Shown: positions 10,452-19,708 of the stretch, piece by piece | How the letters are laid out: every line of letters begins with the position of its first letter | How positions within the stretch are numbered: the stretch's first letter is position 1 | Notes under the pieces: generated by a model | What the model saw: the letters and a program-made list of their open reading frames with translations, nothing else | The model's database searches: none | Told to the model about the DNA's origin: nothing | Translations under genes and position numbers: made by a program | Assembly: GCA_049792755.1 (NCBI GenBank) | Contig: JBARBF010000007.1 | Location: forward strand, 2,147 to 66,146 | Source: Bacteroidales bacterium | Lineage (GTDB): Bacteria; Bacteroidota; Bacteroidia; Bacteroidales; VadinHA17 | Length of the DNA: 64,000 bases | Reading direction: 5' to 3'

Positions 10452-12806
10452 CTATTTGCTAATAAAGAAGAATGTCCCCTTATCATCCTCCAGACCCTGT
10501 ATGTTTCCAAACTTAGGTTTCTGCCCTTTATCGGTTAAAACAGCAGCAGTTACATACTTTACAACAGTCTCGATAGGTATACAGGCATTTTTGTTGTTCA
10601 TAAGGGTGTTGGCAAATGTTGCAGCAAATTTAGAATTATCGGAAGCAAGCTCATACGCTTCCCCGGCAGAGGCAAAAACCTGTGCTGATTTTGAACCTGC
10701 CACCTGTACATTATCGCAGGTCGGAGCTTCATTCGCAGCGCGTGATGCAGAATAAAAACCAGGGCCCGATTCGCAGGCATCAGATACCACAAGAGTGTGA
10801 ACAACCACGTCACTGTATCCTTGCAGTCCGGCTTTTAATGAGTTAATATTAAAGTAGGTGAATTCATCATCTCGTTTTGCATCGACAGGGATCCAGTAAC
10901 CTACATCATTAATATACTTGCCATGACCTGCATAGTAGATCATCAAAGATTTAACCTGGTTTTTCTTTACCAGGTCGCGGAGCTCAATGTTAAAGAATCT
11001 CTCCATCTCCGCCTTGGTCATATCTTTTTTAGGAATAATGTTATGTATCTGATAATTAGCAAGAGCCCTACGCATTGTACTGATATCTTTTATGGGGCCG
11101 TCAAGACTCGCAAAAGTTTCATAACTCGAATTTTCAATAAATACAACCCAGGTTTTTCCCATGGGATCTTTTGCAGAAATTCCAGCACCTTCTCTGTTAA
11201 GGGTAAATTCGGTTTCCTGTCTGTTTCCATAGATATCTTCAGCAACCACCGTAAACTTATTTAAATCTGAAACATTTAATGTTGCCGTAAACGCAGGATT
11301 TAATTCATTCGGATTATAACTAGCAGTAAAATTGCCCACAGTAATAGATTTAATCTTGCTTTCGTCTGAAATTTTCCCCTGAATTGCAATATTGGGAGTA
11401 GGTGTATCAAGGAAGACCTGCCCTTCTTCAGATGTATATGGCGCTACAATAAATATTTTAGGAGGATTAATTTCAGTTCGTTTAAGAGTATAATTCACAA
11501 CTTTTTCGTTATCATAATCGTCGATGGCAGAAAAAGTAATCTTATCAACACCATTGACACTAATATTTGCAAGAAAATCATTTACCCCGTTTTTTTCTAC
11601 CAGGATTACACTCTCATTATTAATCTTAAAAGATTTGATCTTGCTTTTATCTTTTAAATTACCGGAAATAAGAAGAGTAGATTTGTCTCCTTTTATTTCG
11701 ATCGTATCTTTTTCCGGTACAGGGCTTATAACAGATATTTCGGGAGGGTCTGTCTCCCTGTTTAGTTCATATAATCTCTTCTGAGAAAGTTCCAGCATTT
11801 CCCTTGCCTTCACATCGTATTTGGATAGAAAGGTGATCTTATTATAATCGGCTCTGGCTTTATCATAATCCATTATTTCCTCATAAGATTTGGCACGCGA
11901 ATAATAGACTTCGGGATCTTCCTTCTTAAGTGCTGCGTTAAGTGAGATAGTCTTTGAAAAATCATTTATTGCATTAGCATGTTGATTGAATTCCTGATAG
12001 CATTTGCCACGTTCATAAAAAAACATCGGGTTTTCCGGATCAATCAATATGGTTTTGGAAATATCATTGATTGCGCTGGGATAATCAAGGTTTTTTCTGT
12101 ATACCTTACTTCTCTCAAGATAAGCTTCAGTATTCCTGTCGTTATTCTTAATCACCTCATTACACTGTTCCATTGCTTCCCTGGTATTAGAGGAAGTAAG
12201 CAGGTTCGCAAGCTCAATTCTTGGCTCAGCCAGTTTCTTATCTTTTGAAATTGATTTACGCAATTCCTTTTCCCCAAGTACATCGTTTTTTAGTCTTCTG
12301 TAGATAAGGCCCCGCCAATAGTAATCCATTGGGTTATCTTTAATTATTATTACGGTATCGGAGGCCTGGAGCGCCTGGTCATATTTATTAAGGTAATACA
12401 GTGATATTACTTTTTCGGGATAAACCTTTGAATTTCGCTTTTCAAGTGTTGATACACGGTTTAGAACCTTCAGGGCTTCTTCGTAGTTGCCCAGTTTATT
12501 ACTTACAGCGCCAAGCCTTATCATTGCATCAATTTCTTTAGGCGCAAAAATCAGTGTTTTCTCAAAATCGGCTTTAGCTTCAGTGTACTTTGACAACTTT
12601 TCATAAGCCTGCCCTCTGGCATAATAATAATCAGGATTTGAAGGTTCGAGACTGATGGCGCTTGTAAACTGAACGATGGCATCTTCATATTTTAAATTAT
12701 CAACAAATTCCATCCCTGCCTTGTAAGACTTTCTGGCAGTTTGCCCAAAAGCGCATATTGGCACCAGCGTCATGATGGTTACCATTAAAAATACCAGCTT
12801 CTTCAT
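10452..12806 (-). CDS. secreted TPR-repeat / Ig-like repeat / caspase-family (peptidase C14) protein
   Basis: 784 aa. Signal peptide MKKLVFLMVTIMTLVPICAFGQ, then about 330 aa of TPR-like repeats and two similar ~90-aa beta-rich repeats (KSKIKSF / ESKIKSI). The C-terminal caspase fold has the His-Cys dyad context YYAGHG and VVSDACESG. It ends 8 bp upstream of the PP2C sensor gene on the same strand. Confidence 0.75.
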   Translation of the reverse strand: MKKLVFLMVTIMTLVPICAFGQTARKSYKAGMEFVDNLKYEDAIVQFTSAISLEPSNPDYYYARGQAYEKLSKYTEAKADFEKTLIFAPKEIDAMIRLGAVSNKLGNYEEALKVLNRVSTLEKRNSKVYPEKVISLYYLNKYDQALQASDTVIIIKDNPMDYYWRGLIYRRLKNDVLGEKELRKSISKDKKLAEPRIELANLLTSSNTREAMEQCNEVIKNNDRNTEAYLERSKVYRKNLDYPSAINDISKTILIDPENPMFFYERGKCYQEFNQHANAINDFSKTISLNAALKKEDPEVYYSRAKSYEEIMDYDKARADYNKITFLSKYDVKAREMLELSQKRLYELNRETDPPEISVISPVPEKDTIEIKGDKSTLLISGNLKDKSKIKSFKINNESVILVEKNGVNDFLANISVNGVDKITFSAIDDYDNEKVVNYTLKRTEINPPKIFIVAPYTSEEGQVFLDTPTPNIAIQGKISDESKIKSITVGNFTASYNPNELNPAFTATLNVSDLNKFTVVAEDIYGNRQETEFTLNREGAGISAKDPMGKTWVVFIENSSYETFASLDGPIKDISTMRRALANYQIHNIIPKKDMTKAEMERFFNIELRDLVKKNQVKSLMIYYAGHGKYINDVGYWIPVDAKRDDEFTYFNINSLKAGLQGYSDVVVHTLVVSDACESGPGFYSASRAANEAPTCDNVQVAGSKSAQVFASAGEAYELASDNSKFAATFANTLMNNKNACIPIETVVKYVTAAVLTDKGQKPKFGNIQGLEDDKGTFFFISK

Positions 12807-12886
12807 GTTGATAGTAATAAGTTTAACTTCTCTAACAATATATCAAAATTAGAAATATTTCTTCTAATTATCAATCTCCCGGAATC

Positions 12887-13942
12887 CTAGCTCTCATTCT
12901 TTAAATATATTTCAAGAGATGATCCGCTGAAGACTGTCTTTGAAAAAAGTATTCCGTTTATCTGTGGAGCATTTACTCCTCCTTTGAAATATATCTCACC
13001 GGTAAAAATTCTGGCTTCATCCCAAAACCCTGTTGAAATAAAATGATTAAGTACTTCTGCCCCTCCTTCAATAAATAATGACTGAATGCCGGATGAATAC
13101 AGGTAGTTGCAGATTTGAACTGAAGAAGGAACATCTTTTCTGAGTATTACCTTCAACGAGTCAGGAATATCTGCATCTGGATTATGGGTAAATACAATTG
13201 TTTTATTACCTGTACTATTTAAGGATTGTGTTTTATTAAAAGATCCTGAACTGCTGAGGATTAATTTTAATGGATCGGCGCCTTTCCATTCCCTCACATT
13301 AAGCCTGGGATTATCTGCTCTTATAGTTCCTGCTCCAACAAGTATAGCCTGTTCCGATGCCCTCCATTTATGAACAAGCACTTTTTCAGGCTTACCGGTT
13401 ATCCAGCTTGGCTTTGTTTTATTTTTTTCAGATCTTGGTGCATCGAGATATCCATCAGCACTTTGTGCCCATTTCAAAGTTATAAATGGTCGCCTTTTTT
13501 CATGAAAAGTAAAAAACCGTCTGTTCAGTCTTCTGCAATCCGTTTCAAGAACTCCGGCTTTGACCTCACAACCGGCTTCCCTGAGTCTTTTTATTCCGTT
13601 TCCCGAAACCTTTTCACTGGTATCAATTGTACCTATAACTATCTTAGTAATCCCGTTTGAAATAATTAAATCTGCACAGGGAGGTGTCCTCCCGAAATGT
13701 GAACATGGCTCCAGGTTAACATAAAGAGTCGAAAGCTTTAATTTTGTTTTATCAGTTACGGAATTAATAGCATTTACCTCTGCATGAGATTCACCGTATC
13801 TCAAATGATACCCTTCTCCCAATATTTTCCCATTATGTACAATCACAGAACCTACCATCGGATTTGGATAAGTCAGACCTTCTGCTTTAGAGGCAAGTTC
13901 AAGACATCTTCGCATGAATTTAATATCTTCTTTCTCTGTCAT
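12887..13942 (-). CDS. ribD: bifunctional riboflavin biosynthesis protein RibD (pyrimidine deaminase/reductase)
   Basis: 351 aa. CMP/dCMP-type deaminase motifs HAEVNA and PCSHFGRTPPC, followed by a RibD C-terminal reductase domain. Confidence 0.9.
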   Translation of the reverse strand: MTEKEDIKFMRRCLELASKAEGLTYPNPMVGSVIVHNGKILGEGYHLRYGESHAEVNAINSVTDKTKLKLSTLYVNLEPCSHFGRTPPCADLIISNGITKIVIGTIDTSEKVSGNGIKRLREAGCEVKAGVLETDCRRLNRRFFTFHEKRRPFITLKWAQSADGYLDAPRSEKNKTKPSWITGKPEKVLVHKWRASEQAILVGAGTIRADNPRLNVREWKGADPLKLILSSSGSFNKTQSLNSTGNKTIVFTHNPDADIPDSLKVILRKDVPSSVQICNYLYSSGIQSLFIEGGAEVLNHFISTGFWDEARIFTGEIYFKGGVNAPQINGILFSKTVFSGSSLEIYLKNES

Positions 13943-13968
13943 TGAACTGAATATACTAAATTTGACTT

Positions 13969-14835
13969 ATGGGTGTCAAGATACAAACAATAAAAGATAT
14001 CAGATTTCATCTGAAGAAGGAACTTTCAGGTATTTATAAGGAAACTGAAATAAGAGTCCTTGCAGATATCCTGATTAAGACTGTTACCGGTGCTACAAAG
14101 TTGCACCAGCAATATGATAATGGATATGAAATTACACAAAATGAAGCGGAGAAAATTACTATTTTAATGGAGGAACTTAAAACCGGGAAACCTGTTCAAT
14201 ATATTCTTGGTGAAACAACCTTCTACAACTGTACCATTAAAGTAAATAGATATACTCTTATTCCACGCCCTGAAACAGAGGAGCTTGTGGATCTGATTAT
14301 AAAGGAAAACAGGGATTATAAAGGAAATATTATTGATTTTGGCTCCGGTTCGGGATGTATTTCAATAGCTTTGGTTGCAAACCTTCCGTCAGCGAAGATT
14401 ACAGGAATTGAGATTTCTGATGAAGCCATTAGAATTGCAAAGGAAAATGCCGTTCTGAATAAAGTCAGGGCTACATTTATTAAAGGAGATATCTTCAATC
14501 TCGATCATCAAGCGTTCAGTAAAGCAGGTATTATAGTGAGTAATCCTCCCTATGTACGAAATTCAGAGAAGTTGTTGATGGCCAGAAATGTACTTGATTA
14601 TGAACCACATCTGGCATTGTTTGTGAGTGATTCAAATCCTCTTATTTATTACAGAGCTATACTTGAACTGACTGAAAAAATTCTTCTCCCGGGCGGACGT
14701 CTGTATTTTGAGATAAATGAAGCAATGGGTAGTTTATTGTTTCACTTATTGGAATCATTTAATTATTCCGAAATAGAAATCATTTTGGACCTTAATAAAA
14801 AAGAAAGAATAATAAAAGGCAGAAAAAATGTCTGA
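13969..14835 (+). CDS. prmC: peptide chain release factor N5-glutamine methyltransferase
   Basis: 288 aa. SAM-binding DFGSGSGCI and the catalytic NPPY motif (VSNPPYV). Confidence 0.85.
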   Translation: MGVKIQTIKDIRFHLKKELSGIYKETEIRVLADILIKTVTGATKLHQQYDNGYEITQNEAEKITILMEELKTGKPVQYILGETTFYNCTIKVNRYTLIPRPETEELVDLIIKENRDYKGNIIDFGSGSGCISIALVANLPSAKITGIEISDEAIRIAKENAVLNKVRATFIKGDIFNLDHQAFSKAGIIVSNPPYVRNSEKLLMARNVLDYEPHLALFVSDSNPLIYYRAILELTEKILLPGGRLYFEINEAMGSLLFHLLESFNYSEIEIILDLNKKERIIKGRKNV

Positions 14836-15295
14836 GAAAGAAATATTCAGGATAGCACTTGATAAGGCAATGACACTGTGTTCCCGCCGGGAATTCTGTG
14901 GTGACGACATACGAAATAAATTGTCTTTATGGAGTATTGAAAATGATGATGTTGAGAAGATTATAGAAATACTGATACGGGAAAACTTTATTAATGAATC
15001 AAGGTATGCAGCAGCATTTGTCAGAGATAAATTTAAATACAATAAATGGGGAAAGGTTAAGATTGCTGCTCATCTTGGAGCAAAGAAATTGCCTTCCGAT
15101 GTTATCAGGACAGCTCTTGATTCAATTGATAATGAACAGTATATTAAATTCCTTCAGGGACTGATTGAAACTCACAGAAAATCAATAAAAGCTAAGAATC
15201 AATACGATCTTAAGGCAAAACTGCTTCGATACGGATTATCAAAAGGCTATGAGAGCAGTTTATTGTATGAAATTCTGAATGATCAGGGGGATTAA
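14828..15295 (+). CDS. recX: regulatory protein RecX
   Basis: 155 aa helical-repeat protein with a typical RecX N-terminus (ALDKAMTLCSRREFCGDDIRNKL) and matching size. Overlaps the prmC end by 8 nt. Confidence 0.7.
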   Translation: MSEKEIFRIALDKAMTLCSRREFCGDDIRNKLSLWSIENDDVEKIIEILIRENFINESRYAAAFVRDKFKYNKWGKVKIAAHLGAKKLPSDVIRTALDSIDNEQYIKFLQGLIETHRKSIKAKNQYDLKAKLLRYGLSKGYESSLLYEILNDQGD

Positions 15296-15430
15296 ATTTT
15301 ACCTGCGATATTTACCCCCTTTGTATTTCCCCCAAGGGAGGAAAAATCTCTGTATTCAAATGTAATTTAAAGAAATACAACCGAATTATCTCCCCCGCCG
15401 GGGGAGGTGACGTGAAGCGGTAGAGGGGTT

Positions 15431-15895
15431 TTACCCCCGAAACAAAACTCCGGAAATTATGTTCACTATAAACGGCCAGAAAGCGATAAAAAATATTACA
15501 CCCGATCCTATAGAATCAAAAATTATCAATTGTTTGCGGGTTTCAGCATACCTCAGGTAAAAAATTGAAAATGCAACTCTCAAAACAAGTTGCACCGCGA
15601 AAAAAAGAAAGATTCTCATACCATAACGATTCCAACGAAATGCTTCTTCAATTCTTCCCCTGACTATTAAAGAAAAGCTATGTGACAGACCACATGAGAT
15701 ACATGGCTGACCAGTGAGTTTCTCGTGAATACATGCCACAGGAAAGTTATCCTTTTCAGGAGAAAAAAAGCCGGAGTATGCAAAAATCAGCATTATTACT
15801 CCGGCAAAAAATATATTAATAATAAGGTAAGGCTCATTCCGGGGCCTAACCTTCAGGATTTGTTCAGTATTACTTTTTCTTTCTGACAATAACAT
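15431..15895 (-). CDS. DUF2752-like membrane protein
   Basis: A TM helix followed by a C...CxxCG motif (ACIHEKLTGQPCISCGLSHSF), then two more TM helices. The start is uncertain. I chose the third in-frame ATG at 15895 because the track start (15931) lies inside the upstream gene's 18-nt repeat. Confidence 0.55.
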   Translation of the reverse strand: MLLSERKSNTEQILKVRPRNEPYLIINIFFAGVIMLIFAYSGFFSPEKDNFPVACIHEKLTGQPCISCGLSHSFSLIVRGRIEEAFRWNRYGMRIFLFFAVQLVLRVAFSIFYLRYAETRKQLIIFDSIGSGVIFFIAFWPFIVNIISGVLFRG

Positions 15896-16397
15896 GTTTC
15901 TGAGTACTATCATGTTTCTGAATAGTATCATGTTTCTGACCGCTCACTCCTTCAAGATCTTCAAGTTTCTTTTCCTGATCCTTTTTATTGGGGTTAGTGT
16001 TTATTTCCACCTTTTCCCCATTGCTTTCCACCTTTATTGATACGTTTGCATTTTCAATCTCCTTGTTGACATTATCCTGAACATCATTTATAATATTATG
16101 AATGTTGTTTGGCCATCTGTCAGCCTTTCGAAAAATCTTTCCGGCAACAAATATCTGTGAAAATGAGATCATCGAGGCTATTATGGCAATAATTAATCCG
16201 GCCAGCAGCACACCGCGGGGTGAATTGCTTCTCGAAGCCTGAGAGAGTCCGACCGATGCGAGAACTATAGCTATAATTCCGGGAATAATCGCTATCAGAC
16301 CTACACAGGGAATGACTGCAAGTACAAAAGTTATTACAGCTGTTATAAGAGCAGCAATCCCCAGATTTTGTCCCGAATTATTTTTTACCTCTTCCAT
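15870..16397 (-). CDS. hypothetical membrane protein (two TM helices, charged C-terminal tail with a hexapeptide repeat)
   Basis: 175 aa. Hydrophobic N-terminal half. The C-terminal QKHDTI/QKHDST/QKHVIV is encoded by an 18-nt tandem repeat at about 15893-15945. Confidence 0.5.
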   Translation of the reverse strand: MEEVKNNSGQNLGIAALITAVITFVLAVIPCVGLIAIIPGIIAIVLASVGLSQASRSNSPRGVLLAGLIIAIIASMISFSQIFVAGKIFRKADRWPNNIHNIINDVQDNVNKEIENANVSIKVESNGEKVEINTNPNKKDQEKKLEDLEGVSGQKHDTIQKHDSTQKHVIVRKKK

Positions 16398-16405
16398 GAT
16401 ATTGA

Positions 16406-16990
16406 TTATTTATTATTATTCATTCCTGTCAGGATGTTAACCATATCCTGCTCTAAAGACGTCACAGGATTTTCAATGATGCGTCCGGCCTCAATATTAT
16501 TTTTATAAAGAATAAATGTAGGGACCCGAAGTATATCCAGTTTTATATACTCTCCGACAGGAGATTGTTTAGTGTCATCCACTCCGATAAAAGTTACTTT
16601 TGCTGCAGGGAAATGCCATAGATCCATCACCTTCATAAATCGCGGGACCTCTCTTCTGCTGTCGGGGCACCATATTCCCATTACAACCTTTACAGATAAA
16701 TTCTCCTTACTTATCTCTAGCAGTTTATTAAGAGCATCCGTCTTTACCTGGTAATCATCAAATCCTTTTAAATACCATGTTGAATAAGGATAATGAGTTA
16801 AAAGTTCCGGATTAAAATACCCGAGGATCCAGAGGGTCTGATCATGGAAATTTATTTCCGCTGTTGCAGCATCTGATGTTACTGCAGGCTTTGTCTCAGT
16901 TTCTGTTCTGCCTTTAGTAAGAGTTTTCGCAGTTTTACATCCACCCGATAGAACAATGAGTATAAAGAACAGAGAATAAATATTTTTCAT
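16406..16990 (-). CDS. thioredoxin-fold lipoprotein (CxxS-type, TlpA-like)
   Basis: 194 aa. Lipobox-like LSGGC. Thioredoxin-like core with WCPDS (GIWCPDSRREVPRF) and a cis-Pro context (RVPTFILY). Confidence 0.6.
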   Translation of the reverse strand: MKNIYSLFFILIVLSGGCKTAKTLTKGRTETETKPAVTSDAATAEINFHDQTLWILGYFNPELLTHYPYSTWYLKGFDDYQVKTDALNKLLEISKENLSVKVVMGIWCPDSRREVPRFMKVMDLWHFPAAKVTFIGVDDTKQSPVGEYIKLDILRVPTFILYKNNIEAGRIIENPVTSLEQDMVNILTGMNNNK

Positions 16991-17085
16991 TTACTGATAA
17001 TTAAGTGAATACAAATTAAAAGTATTTTTTTTAATGCATAAAATTAATTGAATGGAATATATTTTTGACAGGGAACAGAATTAAA

Positions 17086-18726
17086 CTAACCTGTTTTTTT
17101 CCCCCGGTTAGTATAATAGATTGAAATGCCGATGGAAATTGCAGCCAGAAAAAGTAATGCTAAAACCCTGTATATTAGCTCAATCCTTTCAAGATCAATA
17201 ATGAACAGATAAAATGCAGAGCAAATCATAGTCCCGAGAGCCATATATCTGTATTTTATATTTTTAAATAAAAGGCTGATTAAAAAATAAAAAAGTGCGG
17301 CCATTGTCCAGGAGAAAGTTACAAATTGCTTTGGAACAGCGTGTAACAAAGTTATTAACATCATAAAGAAGCCTTCGAACATATACAGGTTTCTCAGCAT
17401 ATCTGTCTTAATTTGTAACCGCGACTTTTTCCAGTTAATGATTCCGGCCGAAACAAGGGAAATCAGGGTAAAAGAATAATTAACTTCATTAATAGATTTT
17501 GAGGAAATAAGATATGTAAGCAGGATCATTAGAAAAAGGAGACTATTCATTACTACAATTAACCTGTTCCGAAACCAGAGTGCCATCGAAACCACAACAA
17601 GACTTTGCACAGCCAGAAGCAAATAAACCCGTGGAAACCCTAAGAGTCCGTGAAAAGCAATACTCATTGCCATAAAACCGTACAGGGCATAGAAGGCTGA
17701 TGCAAAATTCCAGTCATATCTTGAATGTAAAACTATTGAATAGACAAGACAGCAAAGAGTTAAACCGGAAAAAAGAACTACGTAGTTTTTACTATAGAAC
17801 CCTAAAACAATAAAAACCAGGAGAAGTGAATATAATATTCCATTAACGAATGTTACTCCTGCCAAAAAATCATCTTCAGATTTATCTTTGTTTCTGAATA
17901 ATAATGCAGTGGAAAAAACGGCTCCAAGTCCCAAAAAATAAACAACACCCGAATGCTGTTCAGCAATCAGTTTCACAGGATGACCTATTACAGGATTTCC
18001 CAGAAGCCATATGAAGGCAGATATATAACTAAGAATGATTGTTACAATGAGCAAGTGTGCCCACCTGAACCGGTAATAATAATAAACGGCTCCGCAGGCT
18101 GCCAGGGCTATTAAAGGGAGAATAAAAAGTGCTGCATCACAAACAATTCCGGTAGTCAGTGTAAAAATCATGAATAAGGTGCCAAAGCCCTGGGATTTAT
18201 CCCTGATTGATAAATATGCCAGTAATCCGATCAGAAAAAATAATAACAATACAGAGATCGTCTTACTTGAGAGTATTGGTGTGGCGGAGAAGAAATGCAA
18301 TCTGAGGGTTAAATAAAAGAGAAGGACCTGTGCATTCATCTTAAAAATAAATGACAGATGGACATTTGTTTTCTTCAGATAATTTGAAAGAATATAGATT
18401 GACAGGGCAGCCAGGTAACCAAGAATAACTGAAATAAACCGATACTTCTGAATCATCAGATACTGAGTAAGGAAGATTATACCAAAAAGCAAAACTACAT
18501 TGCCTAGCCAGGCCAGACCAAACTGCCCGATTTGTGATTCAAGACCCTTCTCTTCTTCTATGTTTTGTGAATTAAGTAATTGTTCCGATGTCTGAACATC
18601 TTCTTCAGAACTTTTCATCTTTTCATTTACCGGAATAATAAAGGCTGATTCAAGTTGGGCAAGCCTGGTTTCTAATGATTTAAGACGTCTCTCAATTTTT
18701 TCCAGTTCATTTTCGTGATCGGTCAT
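17086..18726 (-). CDS. DUF2339-like polytopic membrane protein
   Basis: 546 aa. N-terminal coiled coil (LEKIERRLKSLETRLAQLE) followed by more than 12 predicted TM helices. Confidence 0.6.
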   Translation of the reverse strand: MTDHENELEKIERRLKSLETRLAQLESAFIIPVNEKMKSSEEDVQTSEQLLNSQNIEEEKGLESQIGQFGLAWLGNVVLLFGIIFLTQYLMIQKYRFISVILGYLAALSIYILSNYLKKTNVHLSFIFKMNAQVLLFYLTLRLHFFSATPILSSKTISVLLLFFLIGLLAYLSIRDKSQGFGTLFMIFTLTTGIVCDAALFILPLIALAACGAVYYYYRFRWAHLLIVTIILSYISAFIWLLGNPVIGHPVKLIAEQHSGVVYFLGLGAVFSTALLFRNKDKSEDDFLAGVTFVNGILYSLLLVFIVLGFYSKNYVVLFSGLTLCCLVYSIVLHSRYDWNFASAFYALYGFMAMSIAFHGLLGFPRVYLLLAVQSLVVVSMALWFRNRLIVVMNSLLFLMILLTYLISSKSINEVNYSFTLISLVSAGIINWKKSRLQIKTDMLRNLYMFEGFFMMLITLLHAVPKQFVTFSWTMAALFYFLISLLFKNIKYRYMALGTMICSAFYLFIIDLERIELIYRVLALLFLAAISIGISIYYTNRGKKTG

Positions 18727-18963
18727 GGCACAGAATATTGGGACATTTGAAATTTATAATTATAATTCGAAGTACTGATATATATATGATAAATATGATT
18801 CTTTTCTAATATGGTTTTAAAATATTTATAAATTGTCCCCCGTACCCGATATTTGAATTTCTGACATAAGAAATTGAGTTTAATCAATATTTAGTGCAAA
18901 ATTAAACTAATGCCAGGGAAAATATCAATAAAGACTTGATAAATAAAGAGTAAGCTTGAACCA

Positions 18964-18998
18964 AATTTTGAATATAAATTCAATTTATATTCAAAATT
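18964..18998. promoter_or_regulatory. perfect 35-bp palindrome (candidate operator) abutting a TAnnTTTG -7 box
   Basis: AATTTTGAATATAAATT-C-AATTTATATTCAAAATT, with all 17 arm positions complementary when checked base by base. TATATTTG follows at 19001-19008. The cytochrome operon ATG is at 19108. Confidence 0.5.
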
Positions 18999-19107
18999 CA
19001 TATATTTGTTATGTAAAATATTCTGGTCGGACTTAATCTTCTTTAATTCTGACAATATATGTCCCACTTTTTTAAAAAGATCTATTAATTGAAAAACCAA
19101 AACAAAG

Positions 19108-19686
19108 ATGAAATACTACCTAAAAACAAAATTTAAAATAGAATATTTTCTGTTTTTATCGGTATGTTTTTTAATAGTCAGATGCAATGATACACCTGAA
19201 GTCTATAAGCTGGGGCAAACTGAGAAGATAAACACCGGAAACAAGAGTTATGTGCAACATGAATTAATAGCCGTATCGCCACCCCCGTTCACAGATGGAG
19301 TTTTCCCCTGCAATGATTGTCATGCGTTCCGTAAACCTAATGCCGTCAGAAGAAAGTTAGAATGGCATGAAGATATTACAGATATGTTCAACCATGACAG
19401 CGAAAACCGGTGGTGCCTCGATTGCCATGATCTGAAGCAAAGAGATTCTTTAAGACTTGCCAGTGGAAAATTACTTGATTTTAAAGAATCCTATAAATTA
19501 TGTGGTCAGTGTCATGGCGATAAATTAAGAGATTGGGAAGTCGGTGTCCATGGAAGAAGGACAGGTGAATGGAATGGTAAAAAACAATATTATCTCTGCG
19601 TAAGCTGTCATAATCCTCATTCCCCGAAATTCAAATCCATTAAACCGGAAGCTCCTCCTTTCAGGGAGGATGCACAGATTAAATAG
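19108..19686 (+). CDS. tetraheme c-type cytochrome (cytochrome c3-family-like)
   Basis: 192 aa. N-terminal hydrophobic anchor/signal. Four CxxCH motifs: CNDCH, CLDCH, CGQCH, CVSCH. Confidence 0.85.
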   Translation: MKYYLKTKFKIEYFLFLSVCFLIVRCNDTPEVYKLGQTEKINTGNKSYVQHELIAVSPPPFTDGVFPCNDCHAFRKPNAVRRKLEWHEDITDMFNHDSENRWCLDCHDLKQRDSLRLASGKLLDFKESYKLCGQCHGDKLRDWEVGVHGRRTGEWNGKKQYYLCVSCHNPHSPKFKSIKPEAPPFREDAQIK

Positions 19687-19708
19687 AAAAGGAAAAAAAC
19701 AGATATTT

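Noticed and set aside
13943-13968. FMN riboswitch upstream of ribD
   Set aside because: The divergent ribD/prmC spacer is only 26 bp, so an RFN element cannot fit.
15893-15945. 18-nt tandem repeat (CATGTTTCTGA core, three copies)
   Set aside because: It lies inside the coding sequence and simply encodes the QKHDTI/QKHDST/QKHVIV tail of the 175-aa membrane protein. It also creates the spurious extended N-terminus of the DUF2752 ORF in the other frame.
18891-19100. 69-aa minus-strand ORF in the DUF2339 / cytochrome intergenic region
   Set aside because: It spans the 35-bp palindrome and the promoter of the cytochrome operon, is extremely AT-rich and has no family resemblance.
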